Source of the DNA: Acidobacteriota bacterium
Lineage (GTDB): Bacteria; Acidobacteriota; UBA890; WLXD01
NCBI GenBank assembly: GCA_963666215.2
Contig: CAXWPL010000001.1
Location: 576,001-640,000 of the forward strand
Direction of reading: 5' to 3'
DNA length: 64,000 nt
Part shown: positions 10,486 to 20,073 of the stretch, piece by piece
How the letters are laid out: each line of letters opens with the position of its first letter
Position numbering within the stretch: the stretch's first letter is position 1
Translations under genes and position numbers: made by a program
The notes under the pieces: generated by a model
The model's database searches: none
What the model was told of the DNA's origin: nothing
What the model saw: the letters and a program-made list of their open reading frames with translations, nothing else

Positions 10486-11178
10486 ATGGCTCGCTATTCC
10501 TGGCTGCTGCTCGACGCCGACGGCACCCTGCTCGACTTCGATCGGGCCATGGACCGTGCGCTCGAGCTGACGGTTCACGAGCTCGGCGCGACGCTCGATG
10601 TTGCCGCGCGCAGCGAGTACAACCGGATCAACGCGCGCGCCTGGGCGCGACTCGAGCGCGGCGAGCTCGATCGATTGGCGCTCGGTAGAACCCGGTTTGC
10701 CGAGTTCTTCGAGTATCTGAGCGTGGAAGCCGATCACGAGGCGACCAGCCACCGTTACCTGGAGCACCTCTCGGGAGGAGCGGACTGGCTGCCGGGAGCG
10801 GAGCGCGTGACCCGCGCGCTGGCCCAACACGCCCGCATCGCCGTGATGACCAACGGCTTCTCGATGGTGCAGCGCCCGCGCCTACGGGCTTCGGGCCTGG
10901 AAGAGATCGCCGATGAGCTGATCATCTCGGAAGAGGTCGGCGCGGCGAAGCCGGACGCCAAGATCTTCGATGCGGCATTCGACCTGATGGGTAACCCGCC
11001 CAAGGATCGGGTGATGATCGTCGGCGACAGTCTGTCGGCCGATATCGCCGGGGGACTCGGCTACGGCATCGACGCCTGCTGGTTCAACCCGGCGCGGCTC
11101 GCGAATCCCGATGCACTGGCATGCACTTTCGAGATCGACGACCTGGAAGAGCTGCGCTCGATCGTGGACATCGGCTAA
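10486..11178 (+). CDS. yjjG: YjjG-family HAD nucleotidase
   Basis: DADGTLLDF motif I, TNG, ISEEVGAAKPD, GDSLSADIAG. Confidence 0.9.
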   Translation: MARYSWLLLDADGTLLDFDRAMDRALELTVHELGATLDVAARSEYNRINARAWARLERGELDRLALGRTRFAEFFEYLSVEADHEATSHRYLEHLSGGADWLPGAERVTRALAQHARIAVMTNGFSMVQRPRLRASGLEEIADELIISEEVGAAKPDAKIFDAAFDLMGNPPKDRVMIVGDSLSADIAGGLGYGIDACWFNPARLANPDALACTFEIDDLEELRSIVDIG

Positions 11179-11252
11179 GGCGCTCAGTCAGCCGGCGACA
11201 GCTAGAAGGCTGCGTCACCGAAGTGCGTTTCGAACCCGAGGCCAGGCCCTCC

Positions 11253-12752
11253 CTAGTAGCGGTAGTGATCCGCCTTGTACGGACCCTCGATCGGCACGCC
11301 GATGTACTCGGCCTGCTTCGGCGTCAGCTCGGTGAGCTCAACGCCGAGGTGGTCGAGGTGCAGCCGGGCGACTTCTTCGTCGAGCGCCTTCGGCAGCACA
11401 TAGACCTTGTTGCCGTACTCGCCCTGGTTGTTGTTCAGCGCGATCTGCGCCAGAACCTGGTTGGTGAACGACGCCGACATGACGAAGCTCGGGTGACCGG
11501 TGGCACAACCGAGGTTCATCAGGCGTCCTTCGGCCAGCACCAGCACGCTGTGGCCGTCGGCGAAGACCCACTCGTCGTACTGCGGCTTGACGTTGACCTT
11601 CTGGATGCCCGGTGTCTTGGCGAGCCCGGCCATGTCGATCTCGTTGTCGAAGTGGCCGATGTTGGCGACGATGGCCTTGTCCTTCATACGGCCCATGTGC
11701 GCGGCCGTGATGATGTCGTAGTTGCCAGTCGACGTTACGAAGATGTCGGCGCTGTCGACAACGCTGTCGAGCTTGCGGACCTCGTAGCCCTCCATCGCCG
11801 CCTGCAATGCGCAGATCGGGTCGATCTCGGTGACGATGACACGGGCGCCCTGGCCTTTGAGGGCATTGGCGCAGCCTTTTCCGACTTCGCCAAAGCCACA
11901 GACCACAGCCACCTTGCCGCCAATCATGACGTCGGTGGCGCGGTTGAGGCCGTCAACAACGGAGTGGCGACAGCCGTAGATGTTGTCGAACTTCGACTTG
12001 GTCACCGAGTCATTGACATTCATCGCCGGGATCAGGAGCGTGCCGTCCTTCTCCATCTGCATCAGGCGATGTACACCGGTGGTGGTCTCTTCGGAGACAC
12101 CGCGAAGCTCGGCAGCAACGTTCGTCCAGCGCTGAGGATCGCGGCCCATCTCGGCGCGAATCAGGTCGAGGATAACGCCCCACTCTTCGGGATCGTTGTC
12201 GGCGTCGAATTCGGGGACGGTACCGGCAGCCTCGAACTCGTGGCCCTTGTGGATCAGCAGCGTGGCATCACCACCGTCGTCGACGATGAGCTCCGGGCCC
12301 GAGCCGTTGGGCCACATCAGCGCCTCCGACGTGCACCACCAGTACTCCGGCAGCGTCTCGCCCTTCCAGGCGTACACCGGAATGCCGAGCGGGTTCTCGG
12401 GAGTGCCACCGTTTTCCGGGCGGCCCACCGCGATCGCCGCGGCGGCGTGGTCCTGCGTGGAGAAGATGTTGCACGAGACCCAGCGCACGTCGGCGCCGAG
12501 CGCATCGAGCGTCTCCATGAGCACCGCCGTCTGCACCGTCATGTGCAGGCTGCCCATGACGCGCACGCCGTCGAGAGGCCGATCCGCGGAATGGCGGCGG
12601 CGAACCTCCATCAGGCCGGGCATCTCGTGCTCGGCCAGAGTGATCTCTTTGCGGCCGTGCTCGGCCAGGCTCAGGTCGGCTACTTTGAACGGCTCGCGAC
12701 CGGCCTCACGGGCGGCGTCGAAGGGATGGACTTTCTCGAGGACGGTGGTCAT
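11253..12752 (-). CDS. ahcY: Adenosylhomocysteinase
   Basis: [45 protein letters not shown]-terminal HYRY. Confidence 0.98.
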   Translation of the reverse strand: MTTVLEKVHPFDAAREAGREPFKVADLSLAEHGRKEITLAEHEMPGLMEVRRRHSADRPLDGVRVMGSLHMTVQTAVLMETLDALGADVRWVSCNIFSTQDHAAAAIAVGRPENGGTPENPLGIPVYAWKGETLPEYWWCTSEALMWPNGSGPELIVDDGGDATLLIHKGHEFEAAGTVPEFDADNDPEEWGVILDLIRAEMGRDPQRWTNVAAELRGVSEETTTGVHRLMQMEKDGTLLIPAMNVNDSVTKSKFDNIYGCRHSVVDGLNRATDVMIGGKVAVVCGFGEVGKGCANALKGQGARVIVTEIDPICALQAAMEGYEVRKLDSVVDSADIFVTSTGNYDIITAAHMGRMKDKAIVANIGHFDNEIDMAGLAKTPGIQKVNVKPQYDEWVFADGHSVLVLAEGRLMNLGCATGHPSFVMSASFTNQVLAQIALNNNQGEYGNKVYVLPKALDEEVARLHLDHLGVELTELTPKQAEYIGVPIEGPYKADHYRY

Positions 12753-12795
12753 CTCATTTGCTCCGTTGGATTGCCCGAACGAGCGGGCTCTTTGC

Positions 12796-13770
12796 TCAAA
12801 GAACTGGCTCCGCGAGACGCGCGGCAACCGTGAACACAGCCGGCCCCGAAGCATCCGGGTCCGGCGCAAGGGCGTGGTATCTCGTGCCGACAAATCCAGC
12901 GCCGACCAGCCATTCACCGATCTGCTCGCTCGAAAATCCGAGCCACGCGTGACCCATCTCGTTGCGGTACGACAGGCGATCGTGGGGCGTCATGTCGGCG
13001 ATCAGTAGCCGTCCGCCTGGTTTCAGAGCGCGCGCCGCCTCCGCGATCACGGCTTGCGGGTCGGATACGTAGTGCAGCACCAGAAAGAGGATCGCGGCAT
13101 CGAGGGTGTCGCCGTCGATCGGCAGCTCCTCGAGCGCGCCTCGCCGAAGGTCGACTCGGTTGCGGTGATCCAGCCGGCGGAGCCGTTCCTCTGCGGCATG
13201 CAGCATCTCGGGAGAGCCATCAACCGCGATCACTCGCTCCACCCACGGCGCCACGGCCTCGGCAATGCCGCCGGTGCCGCAGCCCAGGTCGCCAACCGTC
13301 CAGCTCGAGTCGAGCAAGCCGAGCACGGCCAGAAGATCGATGCGTGCACCGAACATATCGGTGCGGATCCGGTCCCACTCCCCAGCGGTCGAAGCGAAGA
13401 ACTCCTCCGAGCGCGACCGTCGACTCGCCAGAACACTGCCGACGCGAGCCGCATCCTGGGCGGCCGCGGGCAGCTCGCCCACGTGCGACCGCACGAGCAG
13501 CCAAAGTCCCTGTGCCGGGGCCTCCAGGCGATCGGCCAGCATCCGGTAGCGCCGACTCGTGCCCTCGGCGTGTGCGGCGAGCCAGCCGTCGTCGAGCAAG
13601 ACCCTGAGGTGCCGGCTCACCGTCGACTGAGGCATCTGCAGCACCGTGCAGAGCTCCGAGACGTTGAGCTCGTGCTGCTCCAGAAGCAGCAGAACGCGGG
13701 AGCGTGTGGCATCCGCCAGGTGCGACATGAGCCCGAAGACGCGCGGCTCGGCTGCGATTAATCCGTGCAT
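12796..13770 (-). CDS. sahR: ArsR-HTH + class I methyltransferase-like regulator (SahR)
   Basis: N-terminal ArsR HTH (QSTVSRHL), C-terminal DLGCGTG SAM-binding domain, directly upstream of ahcY. Confidence 0.88.
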   Translation of the reverse strand: MHGLIAAEPRVFGLMSHLADATRSRVLLLLEQHELNVSELCTVLQMPQSTVSRHLRVLLDDGWLAAHAEGTSRRYRMLADRLEAPAQGLWLLVRSHVGELPAAAQDAARVGSVLASRRSRSEEFFASTAGEWDRIRTDMFGARIDLLAVLGLLDSSWTVGDLGCGTGGIAEAVAPWVERVIAVDGSPEMLHAAEERLRRLDHRNRVDLRRGALEELPIDGDTLDAAILFLVLHYVSDPQAVIAEAARALKPGGRLLIADMTPHDRLSYRNEMGHAWLGFSSEQIGEWLVGAGFVGTRYHALAPDPDASGPAVFTVAARLAEPVL

Positions 13771-13789
13771 CCGGATATATTGATCAATA
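13761..13789. promoter_or_regulatory. Candidate SahR operator and adjacent palindrome
   Basis: ATCCG-N6-CGGAT at 13761-13776 overlapping the start codon; perfect palindrome TATTGATCAATA at 13778-13789; TTGACG on the minus strand just upstream. Confidence 0.5.
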
Positions 13790-13817
13790 ACGGCGTCAAG
13801 ATCAAGCCCAACACCTG

Positions 13818-14051
13818 CTACCGGGCGGTAACCTCGTCGAGCACCGCCTTAACGCGAGATTCCGCGGCGTCGAGCGCCTCGTCCGTGGTGTCGTACGAAT
13901 CGGTGCCGCCATGCAGGCGGTCGACCAGATTCGCGTCACCGACCTCGAGGTTCATCTTGCCGCGATACCACGCCCGGTACTTGCCGCCGGTGGGTTCAAT
14001 CCAGCAGCGGTACACGTGGCCCGCGTGCTCACCTGATCTGCGCATACTCAT
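13818..14051 (-). CDS. Small hypothetical protein (77 aa)
   Basis: ATG preceded by GAGG; globular composition with beta-rich N-terminus and C-terminal helix. Confidence 0.6.
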   Translation of the reverse strand: MSMRRSGEHAGHVYRCWIEPTGGKYRAWYRGKMNLEVGDANLVDRLHGGTDSYDTTDEALDAAESRVKAVLDEVTAR

Positions 14052-14172
14052 GCTCGGGTTCCTCGTGGCCGGGGCTCAGACTTCGGTGGAGGGAGCCCGC
14101 GCACGGTAGCGCGTTCCGCGAATCGGCGTGAGCTAGCGGAATCCGCGCATACGCTCGGCCCGGCGTGCCTGC

Positions 14173-14391
14173 TCAAGCCTGGATCGGGTCGCCATTCAAT
14201 GTGAACGGCTCGCCGTGCATACAACGTCGCGAGCGCAACTCAGTTGCTGTCGGCGCACCAATCCGCCTCTGAGCTTCCGCGATCTGTACCGGCGACATCG
14301 CCGAGTCGCGTCGCGCCCGCCGCAACGCCGCCACGTCCTCGGGATTGGTCGGCAAATCCCGCTCGAGATCGGGCAGATCAGAGGCTGTCAC
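14173..14391 (-). CDS. Small hypothetical protein, putative partner/antitoxin of the nucleotidyltransferase
   Basis: GTG start overlaps the NTase stop; MTASDLPDLERDLPTNPEDVAALRRAR...EPFTL. Confidence 0.6.
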   Translation of the reverse strand: MTASDLPDLERDLPTNPEDVAALRRARRDSAMSPVQIAEAQRRIGAPTATELRSRRCMHGEPFTLNGDPIQA

Positions 14392-14908
14392 GCACTCGCT
14401 CCCATTCGTCGATGAGATCGTGTCGCTCGAAGTATTGGCGTACCGACTCGGCCGCCAGACCCGTCGCACCCAACAAGGCGGCGATGTCGGCCATCTCCCG
14501 CAGTCGTCGACCCGGATCGTTCTTCGCTGCCAACACCTTCATGGCCACCAGATGCTCTGGCCGAGGTACCTGCACAACAACTCCCGGAAAGATCTCCGAC
14601 GTAATCGACTCGCCGAACAGATCCCGCGCCGTCGGCGGGTTCAGGTAGACGACATTGATCCGCCCGCGAGCGGAATCCTCGTGAGCATGATTCGAGTACC
14701 CCTCGGATCGATGAAGCGTCTCGTACCCGAGGGACTCGAGATGCTCGACGAGCGAGACCTGCACCCACGACTCCGTGGCGATGTCGACGTCGTCCGTGAG
14801 CCGCCCCGCGCCGTGAACAGCCAGTGCCAGCCCGCCCACAACTGCACATTTCGCATCCACAGACGCGAGGTAGTTCGAGACTCGCTGTAGCGCGTCGGCG
14901 AAATCCAT
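14378..14908 (-). CDS. Nucleotidyltransferase (Pol-beta superfamily, AbiEii/DUF6036-like)
   Basis: VVGGLALAVHG, RLTDDVD, EHLVAMK and ADI motifs. Confidence 0.82.
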   Translation of the reverse strand: MDFADALQRVSNYLASVDAKCAVVGGLALAVHGAGRLTDDVDIATESWVQVSLVEHLESLGYETLHRSEGYSNHAHEDSARGRINVVYLNPPTARDLFGESITSEIFPGVVVQVPRPEHLVAMKVLAAKNDPGRRLREMADIAALLGATGLAAESVRQYFERHDLIDEWERVRDSL

Positions 14909-15064
14909 GACTCTGGTCAGCTGTTGCCAATGAGCCCAGGGGGACCTCGGCGTGCATCACGGCCGCGATCGATTGAGCAAACACCAACCATTCTATGCGC
15001 CGACTCCGCTCCTACTCCGGCGCCGCCGTGCGCAGCTTCGCGAGGTCCGACTCGCCCGACTAGC

Positions 15065-16107
15065 TGTGAGTTCTAGGTAGGTTGTTCACGAACTCACCCC
15101 TGAGAGCCGAGCGATCGGCGGTGTCATGCCGATGCCGGCGTGGGGACGGTGACGATTGTAGTGGTTGAGCCAGGGCCGTAGAGCTCGAGTACGTCGAGCT
15201 GAGGTCTGGTAGCAGGTGCCGTAGGCCCACTGCTCCTTGAGTGTGCGGATGAAGCGTTCGGCTTTGCCGTTGGTTCTGGGGGTGTAGGGCCGGGTGTAAA
15301 TGTGCCGGATCTCGAGTTGATGGCATAGGCGATTGAAGCGCTTCGAGACGTAGCCAGGCCCGTTGTCTGTCATCACTCGGCGCACCGCTACTCCCATCGA
15401 AGCGAAGTGCTCGACGGCTCGCTGCAGGAACGCTGTGCAGGTGTGTTGGTCTTCGGCGGGCAGCACTTCGACGTACGCCACCCGAGAGTGATCGTCGATA
15501 GCGACGTGGGCGTTCTCCCAGCCGACGCCGTAGGCCCGCTTGGAGCGGTCGCCGTGGATGCGGTGTCCAGGTCGGCGGATACGGGCCAGTTTCTTCGTAT
15601 CCAGGTGCAGTAGGTCACCGGGGTGCTCGTACTCGTAGCGAACGATCTCGGGCTTGGGCTCGAGCGTATCAAGCTTGGCGAGTCCGAGCCGCTTCAGCCA
15701 CGCCGAGACGGTCGAGCGCGGCACAGCCAACCTTCGGCTGATCTGCCAGGCCGTCAGTCGCCGCCGACGTAGCTTGTCGATCTGCCTCACAACTCCAGCG
15801 CTTGTTGCGTGCGGACAGCACGTCGGCCGGCTTGATCGATCGAGCAGCCCGGCCTCACCTTCTCGCTCGTATCTATCCAGCCACTTGTAAACCGTTCGAG
15901 CCGACACGCCGAGCGCCGCCGCCGTTTCCGTCACGGGCTCCGCCCGCTCCCGGACTCGGCGGACCATCTCTCGGCGTATATACGGCGTCGTGCGGGCGTT
16001 ACCATGCAGCTGCATCGGGCGCTCCTTCTGAGGTCGTGGAGTCTTTTGAACAACCCCATTGATCTCAGAAGTGAGCCCCGATGTGAACAACCTACTTAGA
16101 AAACACA
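15065..16107 (-). mobile_element. Complete IS481-family insertion sequence (1043 bp)
   Basis: TIRs TGTGAGTTCTAGGTAGGTTGTTCAC / TGTGTTTTCTAAGTAGGTTGTTCAC (22/25 identical). 6-bp direct repeat ACTAGC at 15059-15064 and 16108-16113 (NCTAGN target). Confidence 0.95.
15086..16015 (-). CDS. IS481-family DDE transposase
   Basis: MQLHGNARTTP start, HLDTKKL, AIDDHSR, MTDNG, TNGKAERF. Confidence 0.96.
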   Translation of the reverse strand: MQLHGNARTTPYIRREMVRRVRERAEPVTETAAALGVSARTVYKWLDRYEREGEAGLLDRSSRPTCCPHATSAGVVRQIDKLRRRRLTAWQISRRLAVPRSTVSAWLKRLGLAKLDTLEPKPEIVRYEYEHPGDLLHLDTKKLARIRRPGHRIHGDRSKRAYGVGWENAHVAIDDHSRVAYVEVLPAEDQHTCTAFLQRAVEHFASMGVAVRRVMTDNGPGYVSKRFNRLCHQLEIRHIYTRPYTPRTNGKAERFIRTLKEQWAYGTCYQTSARRTRALRPWLNHYNRHRPHAGIGMTPPIARLSGVSS

Positions 16108-16108
16108 A

Positions 16109-17464
16109 CTAGCCCTCGGCTTGGATCTCCGCCGCGATGCTCTGCACATCGTCGAGCACCCGAAGCAGATTGCCACTCCACAGCTGCCCGATCTGTTCCT
16201 CGGTGTAGCCGCGGCGCACCAGCTCGAGGGTGACGTTGAAGGTCTCGGAGGCATCGTTCCATCCGGTCACACCGCCACCGCCATCGAAGTCGGAGCTGAT
16301 GCCGACGTGCTCGAGGCCGATCAGGTTGACGATGTAGTCGATGTGATCGGCGAAGTCGGCCACGTCGACGGACGGAGCTGTTGTGGCCACCTCGGCCATG
16401 CGCTCGCTTCCGGACGACCGCACCTCGGCCATGCCCGCGAAATAAGCCTCGCGATCCTCGTCACTCATCGTGCGTATCTGCTGCCGGCCGACGATCTCGA
16501 AACCCATCTCGGCGGCGATCTCGGCCTCGATCGCGCTCATCGCCTCGCGGTTGGCGGCGTTCTTGTCGGAATTCACGTAGCTACGAAACGCCACCGTCTG
16601 CACCACACCGCCGTTCTCGGCCAGGGCGCGGAGCTCTTCGTCGTCGAGGTTGCGACTGACGTCGTTGGTGGCACGCGACGCAGAGTGCGACGCAATCACC
16701 GGCGCCCGCGACAGCGACATCGTCTCCATGTTCGAAGCCTTCGACGGATGGGACAGATCGATCATGATTCCCCACCGGTTCATCTCGACGATCGCCTGCC
16801 GTCCCAGGTCGCTGAGCCCACCGTACAGCCACACGTTGTCGCGCTCACCAGTGTTCGAGTCGGCGAACTGCGAGTGACCGTTGTGAGACAGCGACATGTA
16901 ACGGCCGCCGCGTTCGGCGAAGTCGCGGATGTTGTCGAGGTCGAGACCCACCGGATAGGCGTTCTCGATACCGATCATCGCCACCTTCTTGCCCGCGGCG
17001 TCGATACGGCGCACGTCGTCAGAGGTGTAGGCGATCTCGATCCGATCGGGCGCCGCCTCTTCAGCCAGCCAGTGAATCGCGTCGAACTTCGAGATGGCGT
17101 TCTCGTACGCGGCGGCGTAGCCCGCATCGTTGAGCTCGCCTTGGCCTGTGAAGACGATCATCCATGACACATCGAGGCCGCCCGATTCCATCTTCGGCAG
17201 GTTCACCTGGTTGCCGAGATCGGTCGTGTAGTTCCGCTCGGCCGTGAAGTTCGACACGCTGATGTCGTTGTGCGTATCGAGCGTGATCACCCGCTCGTGA
17301 ATTCCGCGCGCGCGCTCAGCGAGCTCGGCCTCGGTCTCGGGGGCTTGGTTCGCAGGGGCCGACTCGCCCGCATCGCGTCCGGCGCACGCGGGCACGGCCA
17401 GCAAGGCAACGAACGCGGCGAATGTCCACGTTGTGGTGAGCTTGGTCCTCGACGGCTTCCTCAT
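16109..17464 (-). CDS. Membrane dipeptidase (M19) lipoprotein
   Basis: Lipobox VPAC, TLDTHND, IGIEN, IDLSH, IASHS, GISSDFDG, NLLRV. Confidence 0.92.
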   Translation of the reverse strand: MRKPSRTKLTTTWTFAAFVALLAVPACAGRDAGESAPANQAPETEAELAERARGIHERVITLDTHNDISVSNFTAERNYTTDLGNQVNLPKMESGGLDVSWMIVFTGQGELNDAGYAAAYENAISKFDAIHWLAEEAAPDRIEIAYTSDDVRRIDAAGKKVAMIGIENAYPVGLDLDNIRDFAERGGRYMSLSHNGHSQFADSNTGERDNVWLYGGLSDLGRQAIVEMNRWGIMIDLSHPSKASNMETMSLSRAPVIASHSASRATNDVSRNLDDEELRALAENGGVVQTVAFRSYVNSDKNAANREAMSAIEAEIAAEMGFEIVGRQQIRTMSDEDREAYFAGMAEVRSSGSERMAEVATTAPSVDVADFADHIDYIVNLIGLEHVGISSDFDGGGGVTGWNDASETFNVTLELVRRGYTEEQIGQLWSGNLLRVLDDVQSIAAEIQAEG

Positions 17465-17715
17465 GGAACCTCCTGGGCTTGCACACATAGCGGGCGCTTC
17501 AGGCAGGGACCCTATCTCAGCTCGAGCTCGACCACGAGTGGGGACCCGCGCCGCCGTGAGGGGCTGGCCAAGCGCCAATATGGCGGTCTCGTCGTTTGAT
17601 CCCGACGCTCCCCCTGCTTAGCAGCCCGCGGTGGAAGTGTGGTGGGCCCGGCACACCTCCACCACAGGCTGCTAGTGTCGAGAATTCGAGTGCCTTGACC
17701 CACCGGAGTCATGCC

Positions 17716-19160
17716 GTGTCCGCCCGCCTCGCTCTTTCCGTCGCCGTTGCCGCTGTCTTGATTCCCCTTGAGGCGAGCCCGCTCCGGGCCTCGCCGGGGC
17801 CGTTGGTCGCACAGCGGCAGAACCCGGCCAGGGCCGGGCGCGATCACGCCGCATCGAGTCGCGCCGTGCGCCGTAACGTGCCGCTCACCAAAGCCATCCA
17901 ACGCGCCCTGGACGCCGGAACGCGCGACTTCACGGGGCAACCGGGGCCGAACTACTGGCAGCTCGAGGTGGACTACTCGATCGACGTGCGCCTGGAGCGG
18001 CGGACCCAACGACTCATCGGATCCGAGACCGTTGTCCTGAACAACAACAGTCCCGACGAGCTCACACAGATCGTGCTGCGGCTCGACCACAACATCTTTC
18101 GGCCGCGGGTGCCGCGTGGCTTCTCGGTGCCCGCCGAATCCACCGAGGGGATGGTGGTCACGCGCCTGCGTGTGGACGGGCAGGAAGCACGGCTGGTGAG
18201 CCAAGGGCTGCGCCAGACGGTCCCGGGGGCTCTGATAGCCAGCCAGCTCGAGCAAACGGTAGCCGTTGTTTCCCTACCCAGTCCCATCGCGCCCCACGCC
18301 GCCGCCACCCTGGAGATCGAGTGGAACACGAAGCTGCCGGGTGGACCCGAGGGTCGCGGCCATCGGATGACGCAGCGCTGGGACGACCGGCTGTTTCAGC
18401 CCACGCAGTGGTTCCCGCGCGTGGCCAAGTACGACGACCTGCGTGGTTGGGACGACAGCGTCTACCTGGGGCCGGCCGAGTTCTACAACAACTTCGGGCG
18501 ATTCGATGTGCGTATCGACGTGCCCGGCGGTTGGATCGTCACCGGCACCGGTGTTCTGCAAAATCCTGAGGAGGTGCTCACCGCAACAGCACGGGAGCGA
18601 CTGAGCCGAGTGCTCGCCAGCGACGAGATCACCACGATCGTCGGCGCCGACGAAGCAGGTCCGGGCAACGCCACGGCTCCCGGCGACCGGCTCGTGTGGC
18701 ACTTCGTCGCCGACAAGGTCAATGACTTTGCGTGGGCGACGGCCGAGAACTTCGTCTGGCAGGCCACGCGCGCAACGATCCCCGGCAAGGGGCCCGTTCC
18801 GATTCACATGGCGTATTTACCCGAGCGCGCCGAGCTGTTCAAGAACGCTGGTCCGGTGAGCCGCCACGCGCTCGAGTTCTACTCCCGCCTGTGGGCACCG
18901 TATCCGTTCCCGCAGCTGACTCTGCAGGACGGCCCCAGCGCCGGCATGGAGTACCCCATGTTCATCAACTCCAACGTCGGCGCCGCCGATCACGAGGTGG
19001 CGCACCAGTGGTGGCCGATGATGGTGGGCACCAACGAGACCTGGTACGGCTGGATGGACGAGGGGTTCAACACGTACATGAACATCCTGTCGAATGCCGA
19101 CGCCCAGGACGCTGAGCCCGACCTCAGCAACCGCGGACAGAGCTACGGTCGAATGAGCGG
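17716..19160 (+). pseudogene. M1-family metallopeptidase, C-terminally truncated
   Basis: GMEYP and HEVAH...WMDEG gluzincin motifs. Homology stops at YGRMSG (~19160), after which the frame becomes non-protein-like. Confidence 0.8.
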
Positions 19161-19808
19161 ATGCACCGGAGGCGCTGATCGGCTGGGCGCGGTTCATCGA
19201 CGGGCGCTGGAGCGACCCGCTGGTCGGACGCGACCTGCTGCTGGGCTGCGCCGCGGGCGCGTTGACCCGCCTCCTGGGAATCCTCCCCCTGGCGCTCGAC
19301 GAGCGCATCGCCACCGCGGGTATGTACATCGGCCTGCCCCATCCCACGCTCATAGATTTGATCAGCTCCTTCACGAGCAACGCCATCGCCTACGTCATCC
19401 TCGCCCTCGGCATGTCGTTCCTGTACGGCCTCAGCTTCGTGGCGCTCGGCCGCCGGCGCTGGATCGCCTACGCCGCCTGGCCTGCTGTTCTTGGGTGGCA
19501 TGGGCTTCCTGCCCGGGCTCGCGATCAACAACACCAGGCCCGGCGCCACGCTGTTGACGTCGATATTCTTCGCTCTCGGCTGGGCGCTGTGGCTGTTCAT
19601 CCTGCAACGACTCGGCATCCTGGCATTCCTGGTGATGGCGACCACCGCGTCGCTGCTGGCCGAGGCATTGCCGACGCTCGACTTCTCGGTCTGGTACGCC
19701 TCGAGCACGAGCGCGGGACTGATGCTGTTCTTCGCGCTGGCGGCCTACGCCTTCTACCGCTGTGTGGCGTGGAGAGGCGGCCTGGCAGACGCGCTCGTCG
19801 GAGACTGA
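19161..19808 (+). pseudogene. C-terminal membrane domain remnant of an acidobacterial-type Ser/Thr kinase (frameshift ~19481)
   Basis: PEALIGWARFIDGRWSDPLVGRDLLLG followed by TM helices ending ...LPTLDFSVWYA...; no start codon or kinase domain. Confidence 0.6.
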
Positions 19809-20073
19809 AACGCGAAGCGATGCGGTCTCTCGCATCAGCGACGACCTGCACGAGACGAACGACCTGCTACGAAGCTCCTGCGAGGCGCGCGGGGCGGGTA
19901 CGTGGAAGCTCCGGAGCCCTGGCGGCGGCTGGCGCGACCGTGAGCGACCTCGGCCGACAAGAAACGTCGGGCAAGCAGTAGGATCTTGGCCGTCCCACTT
20001 CTCGCACCGAGACGTTACCGACCCCAAGCCCCCGTACACCGCCGCACGCGCGGCGGTGTCTCGTGAGGATCGT

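Noticed and set aside
12752-12800. SAH/SAM riboswitch upstream of ahcY
   Set aside because: Only ~43 bp separate sahR and ahcY, no riboswitch consensus was recognised, and a protein regulator is present.
11121-12833. 570-aa plus-strand ORF antisense to ahcY, and similar long antisense ORFs throughout
   Set aside because: Shadow ORFs produced by high-GC codon bias; no protein motifs.
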